Positions 24,163 through 37,500 of a stretch of 64,000 bases of DNA are shown here, in pieces. The translations under genes were made by a program, and so were the position numbers. The stretch covers positions 248,001 to 312,000 of the forward strand of contig QPGO01000027.1 in the NCBI GenBank assembly GCA_008632985.1. The letters run 5' to 3'. This DNA is from Psammoneis japonica. Lineage: Eukaryota. The notes beneath the pieces are model-generated. The model was not told the origin of the DNA. It made no database searches and was given only the letters and a program-made list of their open reading frames with translations. The first letter of the stretch is position 1; every line of letters starts with the position of its first letter.

Positions 24163-25540
24163 TCAAGATTCCTTCGCAGGTGGGCCTGCTGTCCCATCAA
24201 CCTTATTCGCGTTGCTATTGTTGCGTGCAAATCTCGCTGATCTCGAACTCGGTTTCAATATTTGGAAAGAACACATCAAATTCTCATCCACCGAAATCAT
24301 GCCTCCAGCATTATCGAATTCACCGCAGTAGTTTGGTGCTGAGAACAAGGTAACCAATCTCCGACCGGCAAAGAATTCGTATCCATCCTCCACTACTTGG
24401 TGTGCACGAATGACCAAGTCTAAGTCAAATTGGTCCAAGACACTAGCCACGACATCGGCGCCAAAAGTAAATGAAACGCCACGATCGTTCTCAGCCCAGC
24501 CCTGAATACATGAAGCAACATGATAAGCAAGTGGTACGGTTTAGTGACTCTCAAAAGTCAACGCATACCGGAGTTGCCACGCTTTCTCTTAACTTACCGA
24601 CGTGTCTGGATTCGGATCACTCCATAGCAAATCGCACATGAGTCCAACATCAGGAACATCGCAAGGCCGTTGCAAATTGGCAATTTGTTGCAACGATGCT
24701 AATTCGGGGCTGAGCCCACCATGCATGCAAAGAATCTTTTCATCCACCAGGGCCGACACGGGCAAACAGTTGAAGACATCGGAAAACACTTTCCACAACT
24801 TTATGCTATACCGACGTTTGCACTCATCATAAAATCCATAAATACGGTTGATACCTGCACTCTCGTGGTTCCCTCTCAAAATGAAAAAGTTCTCCGGATA
24901 CTGTATTTTGTAAGACAACAAGAGGCATATAGTTTCTAGACTCTGCTTGCCGCGATCGACATAATCGCCTAAAAACAAGTAATTGGCCTGATCGAGAAAC
25001 AACAAGAGAGAGAGAGATTAAGAACGTGAGTCACGATGCATACCAGCAAAACAACAAGAGCAACGAAAAACAAAGGTCACGACGTGTACTCACTTCTGGA
25101 GGGAACCCGCCGTATTCTAGCAAGCGCAACAAGTCTGTGTATTGACCGTGGACATCACCACAAATTTTGAGAGGCGCTTCCAGTTCCAACAGCATCGGCT
25201 GTTGCAGCAGAATTGGTCGAACTTTTTGGCATAGCATTTTTATTTCTTGTTCTGAAAGACTCGCCAAAGTACCGGGCGGCGACCCACGCAAACCTAGCAG
25301 TCGTTGTGTTATACTCACAACTCCCTCCAATGAAGCATCTTGTATCGGCGGGGTCGCTTCGGGAGCATGATGAGACACTGGTCCTTGTGAAGGCGGCTGC
25401 TGCATGGAGTTTGAGGAAAAGTTACTGTCGAGGCTGCTACTGCTGTGAGTACTTCCGACCGTGATATTTGTACTGGTATCATCAGGACCATCTGTCATTG
25501 CTGATGAAGACTGCGGTGATGATGGCGGAGATATATCCAT
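24163..25540 (-). CDS. PP1: Ser/Thr protein phosphatase PP1 catalytic subunit, 3 exons, Ser-rich N-terminal extension
   Basis: GDVHGQ, GDYVDRG, RGNHE, HGGLSP, SAPNYC; exons 25540-25094, 24987-24598, 24501-24163 with GT-AG introns. Confidence 0.97.
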
Positions 25541-26327
25541 GCTGGGCGTAGTTGTGTGTCCGTAGAATGTTTGTATTCAGTCTGTATCACTGTGAAGCAA
25601 GCGAAAATCGTTCTTGATCGTCCACCACTGGTATCTCGCTCTTCTAATCACACTGGGGGGCAGCCTCTAGCAACACTGTTCATGCAGAGAGCTTCCGACT
25701 CCTTCCAATGCTTTCCGACGGGCTTATCTGAATTCGTCACTGTTCGCAATACGTCGTGGTCGTCGCAATTTGCTCGTTTCATCTCACAGTTACGAGCGAG
25801 TACCGTATAATATCAATGCGTTCTCGGTCGCGTGTTCGTCGCTGGCATTTTTTGTGACGTTTTACTCGCAACCGAACACCAAGACTCGCAACAGCAATTT
25901 TTAGAAACACTTTATTTAAAGAGGGCAATTCACCTTATGTGTCGTAAAAATCATCTTCATTCCTTTGAATTTGCATAGACAATCGTGCTTTCGTCGTCAG
26001 GCGGACTTGCTGTCGATTCTGTTGAAATTCGATTATATCGATCGAATATATCGAATGAATCGATCAACACGACCGCGAAAATTATTCGAAGCGTACCTTT
26101 ATCAGCAAATGAAATTGGCAGTTAGACCTTACCAAATTACAAAAGTAGTATCGTACACAGAAACGTTGAGAGCAAGATATTCTGAACGGTTTCTAATTTG
26201 CATATTATGCTTTGTGTGCGATTGTAAATTGCAATGTCCCAACAGCCAACAGGAGCAATGCTCCAGTCCTCTATTAACACAAGTACTAACATCATTCATA
26301 TGTCTACCTGATAACTACCTTTCCTTC

Positions 26328-26861
26328 TCAAAAAGATGCTTGAGTAGCGGTTTTGGCGGAGAAAAACCCACGCTTTGACGCCGCCTTTTCACTCTTGGCT
26401 GCAGACGCTTCTTCTGGCTTTTTGGCAGTGACAGCCTTCTTATTCTTTCGGTTCTTTTTCTTTGAAGAATCAGGTGATACCTTAGATCTTTTTCTCGGCA
26501 TGTTTACAAGAACCACGAGAACGCTCTCTACCTCACGATCGACATCGTCTTCCGTGGGGTGTGACGTAACAATCGTGTCTTTCTTGCCATCAAATCCCAC
26601 CTCGACTGCGTCTCCATCGTTTTCATTTGTTTCTTTGGGCGTCGCAATAATGAGATCCGCAACATCCTTGCCTTTTCCTTGAACTGCCTCTACAGAATCG
26701 GCATGACGAACAAGATTGGCCAGGTTTTCACAGTTCTCGGCCTGCTCCAAGAAAATGTTGTGCATGGCAGTTTTGCCCAATTCGATGGAGGAAATGTCGT
26801 CCTTCGAGAGGGGTATCTCGGAAGAGTCTTTGCTATTGGAATTTTTCAATTCGTCGGTCAT
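26328..26861 (-). CDS. Hypothetical charged protein (acidic N-half, Lys-rich C-terminus)
   Basis: 177-aa ATG ORF with coding-like composition; no domain recognised. Confidence 0.5.
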   Translation of the reverse strand: MTDELKNSNSKDSSEIPLSKDDISSIELGKTAMHNIFLEQAENCENLANLVRHADSVEAVQGKGKDVADLIIATPKETNENDGDAVEVGFDGKKDTIVTSHPTEDDVDREVESVLVVLVNMPRKRSKVSPDSSKKKNRKNKKAVTAKKPEEASAAKSEKAASKRGFFSAKTATQASF

Positions 26862-27423
26862 GGCGCAATCTTTCTTTCACTTTTTGCGTTCGAACGTTGT
26901 TTATTCTTGCGAAATGTGAGTTTGTGACTGGTTGTGAGCGAGGAGGTCGCGGTGCTTTTTTTGATGTCGTACCAAAACTGCGCGACGCATTGCAAAAATT
27001 TCAAAATAGGTATTGAATGTACTCGTTTTCTTATGTTCATATAATTTAATTAGGTTTAAACTCCCCTTTAATGATGATAGTAAGACTTGGCTACATACAG
27101 TTGCGAAGCTTATAAATAACCTTTGTCGCCGTATTCAATCGTTACTTATTAAAATCATATGAATATGTATGTTTTTCATATTCCTGAAATGTCGTGCTGT
27201 GTTGCGGGACTGTCGAAAATGTCGATTAAAATGGCGGGAAAACGCGAGCCGCGGTTTGGGTGCAAAGGAGGCAGGTAGTGCAAGCAGCTGATGAGTTTTT
27301 GTTTGAGTGGGTGACAGGACGACCTCCACAAAAACCACCACTTCCTCCTTCCGACATGGTGTACTGTAATTGAAAGTGTTGGTACCGGTACATCCACAAG
27401 CCATAGCAAAGGCAGCTATCATC

Positions 27424-27879
27424 ATGGCTTTTTGGATTACGAGTAGCCCGTTGTCGAACGGCGACTCTTTCGAATCCGTCGAAGAGCAAGCTGCTGTAAC
27501 GCGGCTTGTCAATGATACGTATCAATTGGGCGAAGATGCGGTTAGTAGAATTCAATCTATTGTGGACTCCCACACTAAGCTTCGAACAATGAAGCAAGAA
27601 AGCATCAAGTTTGTCGAACAGCACATGAGCATACCAGATGTGCCTAGCACAACAAAACACCAGCGGGTTTGTTTCGACAAAGAATCCGAAGCGGATACCC
27701 TTGTCAATAGTTTCCAGGAAACGTTGGAGAGAGGCAAGTCTGTCGTCCTGTGTGCTCTGTTTGGTGAATCTCAAGACGTCGACTTTGGTCAGTTGGAACA
27801 TTCGCAGTTGGAGCATTCGATGGATAGCGAAACAGTGCGACTTTATGAGGCGAACTACAGTACTGCAACAGGTTGGTGA
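27424..27879 (+). CDS. Hypothetical protein
   Basis: ORF with plausible composition (MAFWITSSPLSNGDSF...); ends uncertain. Confidence 0.4.
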   Translation: MAFWITSSPLSNGDSFESVEEQAAVTRLVNDTYQLGEDAVSRIQSIVDSHTKLRTMKQESIKFVEQHMSIPDVPSTTKHQRVCFDKESEADTLVNSFQETLERGKSVVLCALFGESQDVDFGQLEHSQLEHSMDSETVRLYEANYSTATGW

Positions 27880-28607
27880 GCGCGTTGATGAGGAAAGCGA
27901 TTCTATGGAATTTGCTTATGAAACGAAAGGCCCACCAGCTGTAACTACGTTTGTTTGATTCACTCGAGCACATTTTTGCTGAACATGTATCATTCATGCG
28001 AATGGGTGTTTGATATCTCCGCGTTGGTAAAAACTTCTTCTCTTCGAGATCTGATGCGACCAGTAGAGTGGACTGCCTTCAATTAGCGGCTCATGAATTA
28101 CACAACCAATGTCACTAATCATTCAGTTTCTTAGTTTTCATTTGTCCTCTAGAGATTCTGTGCGAGAGTCTGATATAGGCGTCAGTTGTAACGAGACTGC
28201 ATCACAAAGAGAACCCTTGACAGAAAAACAAGAAGCGCTCACCGAACGAAAGATCATGGTGATTGAGTCGGTCAGGAGACAATATTTCGCGGATGAGCAC
28301 AGTGGCGCGTGTTGTCGAAGCTTGCTCCAGGCAGAGCGCGCCGATTCGTGATCCTTGTTATTATTTGTAGATACTTTAACTCGAAACCGCTGTCCTCATA
28401 AGTTCGAGCTGGTGATATACTAACAAGGCAAGCGTGGTCTCCCCAACTACCGTATATCGAAATGATGGCAGCATCGAGGTTATTTGTATGCACTGTGAGT
28501 AACTCCGGTGTAACAACAACTAAAATTCAAAATGAAATCGATATCTTCCTATCTGGAATATTCTAGTAATGCTATGCAAGATCATCAACATCAACCCAAC
28601 CTGCTGC

Positions 28608-29182
28608 CTATTTGTCGAAGTCAACGTAATCGATCGAATTGAGTCTGTGGAAAGCTTCGGCCTCGTCCTCCAACATTTGACGGTGTGCCTACAGCAATGC
28701 GAATAGCAAGAAAAACGAGCACCATTAACACACGTAACACGGAGGAAATCCTTGTGTCTCGACCAAAACCTACCTCCTCGTCCCTATTCTTCAACGATTC
28801 AAGCTTGCGTCCGAAATTTGTAATCTGCCTGTTGATGCGTTCGTGATCCTGGGGGGTTAACAAAAAAGAGAACTCCAGAGGTTAGTATGCAAAGCACCAA
28901 AACGTAGCTTGACTTACAATCTCCCTCCACCTTACTCACTTCACGTTCCAAAAGCACACGTCCAGATCTGTGGTTCTCGAGTTGTTCCTTTCGTTCATCC
29001 AACATTTGGCTAAGTCTCTCCAAACGACGGTCGTGCCTATCGGAAAGCAGCTGAACAATGTGTTCCTTCTTGAGCTTATTGAACGTGTTGGCCCTCAACT
29101 CTTTGATTTGTTCGTGAACCACGTTCTGCGCCGACGCAGCAGCAGCCAATGCCAAGAGGCAAAGGATAGAAAAGGTCTTCAT
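28608..29182 (-). CDS. Small secreted coiled-coil protein, 3 exons
   Basis: MKTFSILCLLALAAAASA signal peptide; exons 29182-28940, 28848-28774, 28688-28608 splice in frame with GT-AG introns and end ...IDYVDFDK*. Confidence 0.8.
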
Positions 29183-30661
29183 TGTGTTGCGGTTGTCTAC
29201 TAGAGGGAGGCATAAAAAGAATGTGAGGGGGCTGCACACAAAACTCGAGCGGGATTAACCGGAAATTCCAGGTTACTTCGACACAAAGACCGCTAAATAA
29301 ATCGACTGGAGCAGAAGTCGTGCCAAGACGAACTGAAAGCAACCAAATTTCTATCGCCATGGCGACGAGTTCAACTAGTCACTCCACTCGTTACGACAAT
29401 AAAAGGACTTCTGCCACATATCACTAACGTTCAGGAACAACAGCAATGCCCATGCCTACAACGGAAGCAGCAAACACACAACGCACCTTCGAAATGCTCT
29501 AACAAAAAAAATATTTGACAGAGCCAGGACAAAAGCCTGAATGACTAATCAAAAATGTCTGATACTTACTTACCTAGGGCCCTATGTCCTTTCTACATAC
29601 GAAGCAGTATTTTGTATTGTACATTTTACTGTATCAAAAATGGGAATAATAATTTCAATGACCGTCTCATGACCGCACCATAAAAAATGTTTCATGATCA
29701 ACACGAAATGTTAATGAATGAATGAACGTATTTTAACGGGGACCCCCCGTAAGTCTGTACGTTGCCCGTGGCTACTTCCGCTCCGCGATACAGTAGCTGC
29801 GTGTTGTTTTTTTTCATCACAAAAACAACAAACCAACCATGAAGATTACTGAGTCCGTAAGGCTTCTTATCACCGCATTCCCGGCTACCTATTGAGGTGT
29901 ATGGATGGATTGTGACCTTGCTCTGAAGGCACTAAGACATGGCGGCTTTTCGGGACTTCATAAGTCCAACATCTCGTCTGTACTCCAAGATGCCTCAAAT
30001 TCGGTTGCCCTTCCTGTAGTCAGCTGCTAAGGGATTTACTGCTACGCTGTTGATCTGGCGGGTGAAGAACTCCAGTACAATTGCCATCAAGCACAGGAGT
30101 CTGAAGGGTGGCTTCCTCAAAGGATTGGGAACAAATATTTCCTCAGCAACTCAAGGGAAAAGGACGGCACTGCAACGGCAGCACTGCAGTGGAGGTATGT
30201 CGGAAGCAGTCTACTCGTACAAGGAGAACAATGGTGATGCAAGTTCCGAAAGAAGTCTCATAGGCACAGAAGAAAACAATCATCTAGAGATCACTAGAGT
30301 GCCATGAAAAAAAAACACAAGTGAAACATAGAAATGCTTTGTACGGTGTACAAATAATGGTAACTAGCACATGTGCTATGCATGTAAATATTATAGAAGC
30401 TAAATCTCGTTACGTTAGGCCCTAGGACTACTTAAGAAAAGCCCCTTTATGAATCGTAGCCCCTCTTTTTAAATCATAACTCACAATGAATGCGGCGTTG
30501 TCGCCGAAGTCAATAAAGCTAAGAAACCTGTTGTGTTCCAACAACACCCTTGAATGAGCTTGTCAAGATTCTATGAAATATCACCCAACCATTTGGCAAC
30601 AACAAAGCCATAACGGCTCCCTTACATTCAATGTCTCCCGCTCGCACTTCTTTCTCCACTT

Positions 30662-31195
30662 CTTTTCGTTGGCTTTTTCTTCCATTTGGGTGGGATTAGA
30701 GGCGTTTGTTGTAGTGTCGCTGCGCGGTAACGGCGACATTCAAGAACACAATAACATTGTCGTAAAAAAACCTTCTGCTGTCGATCCTTTCAATCAAACC
30801 TCACCAATGGGATCAGAACAAACGATTTATAGGAAAGTATTGACAGCAGGGCAGTTGTAACGAGCAAACAAACGTTTATTAGATACGAGACGTTGATGCG
30901 ACACGACAAAGAACATTTATATTTTGCGACTTACTCCTGGTACTGAAACCCTGGTTTTCTTTCATACTAGCACCATACATCATGTAACGGGATTGCATGC
31001 TTCTTTTCGTCGGCTTTTTCTTCTGTTTGGGTGGGCTTGGAGGCGTTTGGAGCATCGCTGCTTGGCAACGTCGACACATTCAGAAACACAATTATTGTTG
31101 TCAAAATACACTTTCTGCTGGCGATCGTTTCGACCGAACCTCAGCAACAGGAGTAGAATAAACGATTTATCGAAAAGGATCGCCAGCAGGACAGC
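30662..31195. repeat. Diverged direct repeat of about 200 bp (about 30662-30870 and 31003-31195)
   Basis: CTTTTCGTYGGCTTTTTCTTC..TTTGGGTGGG..GAGGCGTTTG..ACACAAT..TTCTGCTG.CGATC..AAACGATTTAT..CAGCAGG occurs twice, about 341 bp apart. Confidence 0.8.
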
Positions 31196-31599
31196 TACAA
31201 CAAGGTTGGTATGCAACAGACTCCAAAGGAAGATTATCGCGGTGACAACACGAGAAGAGTTGCGTTCAACTCGCAAAAAATGCTCCATCGGATGGTCGTA
31301 CAGACTTACGGGCGGTCCGGAGATAGCCTTGTACACTTTTTACGTAGAAGCTACACGAGAGACAAGCACGTACATTCCTACACAGACGCAGTACAAAAAC
31401 AGAAAGCATGACACGCCCATCACGACGACACCGCGTGACGACCATGCATCAAAATGGCGTCGTCCGTGTCTTTCTGTAGCTCCTCTTTCACTTACCCGAT
31501 TGCTCCAAAAGGGCCAGGGAAAGCTCATATGCTTCTGTTATGATGAAATGATGTAAACTAAAGTTGTTCTTTTCATTCCACAATCTCAGAATACAGTGC

Positions 31600-34500
31600 A
31601 ACAGATTGTCAAGGCGCACCCGCACGTTGGCTGCACTGTCAGCCAAATCAACGCCATTTGCTGTTCACTCTAGAACAACAACGGAGATGTTGTGCCCCAA
31701 CATGTGCACTCTACACTCACTTGTTAAATTACAAAGCTAATGATTCTTGTTGGCTGAAACTCTTGAGCCACTTTTGAGACTTGACACAATGACCCATTTG
31801 TCCCGTCCTTCACCCTCTAAATTTGTTGCATTGGCCAACAAATGGGGCAAATGAGTCACATGTTTCCACTGCAGGTCACAAACTGCCTTGCAGCCGGAAG
31901 AAGTAATCTGTGCCTTTAGAACCACCATGATGCACTGGTCTGCCAAGTCAAACTCCGCATCACCTTCTGGGTGCACGTCAAATGCGCGGCAAAATTGCTC
32001 CACGACAAGTCTGAGCTGTTGAGAGCTTGAACATCTTCAAACACCACAGACCCAAGCTTCTGTGTTTGTGTGTTTATGATGAAGTCATCCTGATGCTGTG
32101 TCTGTGACTTGGACTTGTCGTCAGACTGCCGTGGCCGTTGCAAGGTAGAAGCGACATTCAAAGCAAGCTTTTCTCTCTCAGGGATGGCTCATGGCAAGGG
32201 AGACCCTGCAGAACAAAACAACAATGAGGAAAGACAACATGTGTGTAAGTTGAAAGAATGTGAACGTGTGAGTGCTCAACAAAATGCACAGCATGAATGG
32301 TGATGCATGAGTTGCGTGTTGATGCAACAAAATCGGCGGTGTCAACACCAATCTTCAGTTCAAAATTTTGCCATGATCCACCCATGTGAACCTGGACATT
32401 CTCAAGCTTGTCTCGCATCTTATGATGTGACGCACCAAATTCCATTGAGAGCACACAGGTTCCAACCTCAGAGACGATCGCATTTTTCAAATCGGTGAAA
32501 CGCCATTGTCCGTGTTGTTTTGCGTGTTGTTTTGAGCCGCGAGCCAGAAAACACTCCCAAAAACTGTTCTGCAGGGCGAAATGCACTGAATCTACACAGA
32601 TTTGGGTTGCACCAGGCCACGTAGAAAGTGAACGGGCCAAAAACTCCAGTGCGCCCACTTAAATGAGTGAATGAACCAATCAAAATAACGTCTGATCAAG
32701 TTGCCCCCAACGCATCATGTCATTTTCTGATGCCCCAGGTCCCAGGCGACGTCGACGACGTTGGAACAACAGCCGCTGTCCACCAGGTCTGGATTTGTAA
32801 AATCAGAGATTGGCCTCTGGAAGCAACCACACTTCTGGATTGTGCTGCCAGATCAATTTTCATTTTAGAAAGGGCCGCTGCTGTGCTGAGCACTTGTTGC
32901 CATTTTTTTCTGCTTCGACACGCAGCATTCCCAACCTTTGTGTTTCTTGCTTGTGCTGCCAACAATGTGGACTTGTTGGCATTCTTGTTCTCAGTCTCTT
33001 GCTGTGCTCTTTGTTGGCCCAGTTCTCATTTTCTCATTGCTGTCAAGGAACCCCGTCTCAGTGTGGCTGAGAGCGGGCCAGCAGCCAGACAGAGCTTGCC
33101 TGGCGATGATCTTTGTGCGTTTTCTCCACTCCCTTGGTTTCATCAACATGACCTTCAGGCTCATGACCTTTTCATGTTCCAACACACTCCTGCAACAGCT
33201 CAGGTTGTTGACTGGTGGGCTTTTGTTGTCTCACCCACCCTTCAACAATGTGGGCTTCTTGAGCCCTTGTGTTCTTGGCCTCATTTTTGTGCTCTTCATT
33301 GGCCCAGCTCTCATTTTCTCATTGCTGTCAACCCCTCTCAGTGCTGCTGAGAGCAGGCCAGCCAGAGAGATTGCCTGACAATGATCTTTGTGCATTTGCT
33401 CCACTCCCTTGGTCTCATCAACATGCCCTTCAGGCTCATGACCTTTTCACATTTTCCAACACATTTCTGCAACAGCTCAGGTTGTTGACTGGGCTTTTGT
33501 TGTCTCATCCGCCCTTCCATGATCTGGCACCTGGCTCAGACAAAGTTCTGCCCTTGCCACTGCTTTGTCAGGAAGCCCATTGGTGATGAGCTGGTTGGGT
33601 TGAACACCAAAAGCTGTGCCACATCAGAGGGTGTTTCAAGGCCACCAATCATCAATTTCCACGGGTCTTGCACAAGCCGTGCATGTCATTTGGTTGTTTT
33701 CTGTGTTTGCAGCCCAGCCTCTTTTTGAGGGCAGCTCTCCACTGTGCACTGAGAGCCCTTCTTCATTGTTTTTGTGCTTCTGCATTGGCACGTTGGGGGG
33801 AAGGCATTGCTTGTTTTGTGACAGGTGTCTGTCTTTTGCCCACACTCCTGGTTTCCTGCTGTGGCTTCTGCTGTTTTGTTTTTGCTGTGGTCCACTCCTG
33901 AGATTTCTTTGTGGGTCACTTTTTGGTGTTTTTCAACTTGATCTGCACATGTGACACTTTTTGGCATTTTTCAACTTTGTCTGCACATGTGACTCTGGAG
34001 TTGTCAACTTTGTTTTTGGCACTGGAGTCCTTGCCAGGCTGTTGTCTTTTCCTGTCAGTTCTGTGTTGTTGGAGCCACCAATTTCATCAGAGTGCTGCTC
34101 AGTCATGGAAGTTGACCAAAGGTCAAGGTGCTGGGGGTCGTGAGATTGCCAACATTGCAGGAGCACTGCAGTGTGTGTGTTTTGTTGTCACATTGTCATG
34201 GTCAACTTTTCCAGCTGAGATGTGGTTGAGTTGGGCACTGAAGTGGGCTTTTCATCTTGGGGATGATGGACAAACTGAGTCTGATGCTGAAGTCTGAGAC
34301 AGTTTGGTGGTGTGCCAGCCAAACTCAACTTTTGTGCTCAATGTGTTGTCTGACCACACATGCCACCATGTGACCAGGGCACAATCTCAGCCACACAATC
34401 CATGATGAACTCACCCGTCAGTTGGACTTTTCTTGCATGCAGGCAGCATCACTCCACACCCAGCCATCAGCTGAGCACACAACCATTGACAAACCCACTG

Positions 34501-37500
34501 GTCAGCTGGATTTTTCTAGTCAATTGGCAGCCACACTTGTCTGCTGAACCCCCCAACCTGATGGGTTTGTGCCCATGTCCCAAGATGCCAAAAAGAGTGT
34601 TCCGCTTGCAGCAGAATGTGTTTCAGCATTTTTCATTGTGGAGGACTGTTTCATCCCCTGGCTGCGCTGACAACCCAGATGTGAGGTGCACCGCAGTGCA
34701 GTGCACAAACAGTGGCAACTTCTTTTCAATGGACACAACTTCTCCTGTTTGTGGAGTGACACGCAGATGTCTGGTCTGCTGGATGATGGGGGCTGTTTTC
34801 CCAGAGCCAGAGCTCAAAGAACTGGCACTTGGGTTGTGAGCAGCTGTGACTGGTGCTTTTGTTTGCCCCCCCCCCAGTGGCGGGGTTTCTGCAGGACTCA
34901 CATGATGACATTCAAGGTTGTGACTCACAGAGACCAGGAAGTTGGCACAGCATCATGACACGGAAGCTGAGGTGAGGGGGGCAACCTGCTCAAGAGTTGG
35001 TGGTTGCTTGGCAAAGGACAAGGCAAACTGCAGTTGCCTCCTTGCTTGCTCAGTGTGCAGGGTTGCAAAGAAACTGGTTGGCTGTGGTGGAGCTGATGTT
35101 CAAATCAAGCACAAGAGAGGCTCACCTGGAGGCATGTGTGAGCCATTGCTGGTTGCTTTGACACAGCATCTGGCTTGTTGGCAACAAAGTTTTTGGGTGG
35201 AAGTGTGGCAGAACTTTTAAAATGCAAATTTTGTGTTTTGTTTTGCAGCTCACAACTTGTGCCCCAATGTCAGCTGCAGATTGGAGTTTTGGTCATTGAT
35301 CAACCCACATGTGTTCACCAATGGTGGTGCCTCCAATGACTTTGACACAGCAGCTCTGTGCCTCCGATGGAGGAAAATTTTCTTGGGAGTTGCTTTTTGA
35401 CAAATTCTCTGACACACCTGCTCCCACACATCACAACATGTGATGGACTCAGTCCTGCCCCATGCAGCTCCTGGGTCTCACCAATGAAGGTGCAGCCATC
35501 CCTGATGAAGTGACTGAGTTGTGTTTTCCCAATGACAGCTCTTTCCACATGTTGACATTGGCAATGTTGCTCAAGCTGATGTGCCTGATTCTTTGCCAGT
35601 TTGTGGGCAAGAGATTAACCCTGTGACTGTCCACCATGGTTTTAAATTGATGCCAGGCTGGCACCAGCAGCCACCACAATGTCCCTCCTTGGGGGGTCCC
35701 TTTGGTGTGCAGATGTTTGGCTGGTGCACCCTGTTTTGACCTCCAGCTCCACAGCTGGTGCCAAATGTCTGGTCTCCTCTCCCAGACACACAGGCCAGAA
35801 TGATGGACCATGGCTCTCAAAGCATTCTTGCCTGGCACCCACAAAAGACACTTGGATCCTTCAGCCTGCAGTGGTTTGGCTGGTGCACTCCATTTTTACC
35901 TTGAACACAAAGCTGGCAAAATGCTCAGCTTCTTTTTGTTGCAACACTTGAAAATGCCAAGTGTCCAAATCATTTGTTTTCACAAAACATTGGCACTCAT
36001 TGCTTGGAGTGTTTGTGGGAAGGCCGGTTGTTGCAGCTGGCCAACTCAGTTGGAAAAGTTGAGATCAGAGCAGCTGATGCAGTTGCCACAGAAACCAAAA
36101 CACAATGTGCAAGTCTCGTCAACCAGCAAAATTGGGTGTCTTCCCATTTTCCTCCACAGCTTCATCATGTGACTGGTTGTGCCATTGCCTCCACACCCAA
36201 CATGTCACAACAAAGATGACATGAGTGCCTTGTTGTTGTTGTTGTTGTTGCCGTTGTTTTGCTGTTTTCCAAATGAAAACTGAGGAGCACTCGTGAGTCC
36301 TCATGGTCTTGCTCGAGCAAGACAAAAGCAGCAAACATGCAAAACAAGAAGACTCATGATGCTGGAGAAAAGGATTGGATTCAGAAGGCAGCAAAAGACC
36401 TGGCAGAATGCAGGGAAGCACCAGAGAACAACCACAGCCATGGCAAAAAAGCAACAGCAACAGCAATGATGAAACCACCAGACAAGGAGGAGCACACAGC
36501 ACACAGATGAGATGCAAGAGCAATGCCAGGAGAGCATGGGTGGTGATCAGCATGGTGAAGACAACAGGTGTGGTGATGGTGAGCAAGAGGAAGAAAATGC
36601 TGGCAGGCAGGGCCAACAGAAAAAGCCCAAAAAAGGAGCAAACAGCAACAGGCCATGCCAGCAACCACACAAAGGGACAGCTGCTTGTGGTGCAATTTGT
36701 TGTGCACACTTGACAGACACAAACACACTCAGTTGTGTGCAGGCAGTGGTTGACTTTTGAGTGCAAGACAGAACTCTGACAAAAATGTGCTTGTGGAGCC
36801 AATTTGCAGCCAACAAAATGATTGGCTGAAATGGAGTTGTTGCTGCTGGGATGCATCTGAGTGTTTTCCACCTGGCAAAGTGGGAGGTGAAAATCAAAAA
36901 CAGGCTGTGGTTGCTGTGGCGGGTGAGAGTTTTCCCGCCTGATGGGTGGGGAAATGTGACTTGCAGACATTGTTTGTGCAGCCAATCAGCAGAAAACATC
37001 ACATGTCAGATGGGACATTCTTGCATTTAGGACAAAAAATCCTGCCATGCAGAGATGGCCAGATGTCAGGTTGTCTGCACCTTGGACATTGTTTTGTTCA
37101 CACAGCAAGCCCAGCATGAGTGCTTGTTCAAGTCCAGCTGGGACAAACACCAGGCAAGTTGGCTGCTCCTGTCTCTTTTTCTTGGAGCATTTTCTCTCCA
37201 AGTGTGGTGCTCCCCTTCTCATCACACATTGGCACCATGACCCAGTGGTTTTTTGTCTCCATTTGTCTTTTTCTTTTCTTTTCTTTCCATCATTTCCAGC
37301 AGCACTGTCAAGTGCTGCTCCACTGCCACCTTTTGCACCAGCAAGACAAAAGTCTTGCTCACCTAAAAACTCTCATGAGCGCCATGTGGGTTGGACCCAC
37401 ACTTCTTAGATGTTGATCGCCCATCAGTGAGAAAACATCAAACAGCAACTTCTTTGTCAATGGGCAGCTCTGCATGCAATCTGCACCCAGCAGAAGCACA

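Noticed and set aside
29839..30307. Possible gene starting MKITESV
   Set aside because: Early stops and no recognisable domain
33003..33517. Possible HNH-like peptide in the duplicated segment
   Set aside because: Only a vague NNL..EN resemblance with stops; not supportable
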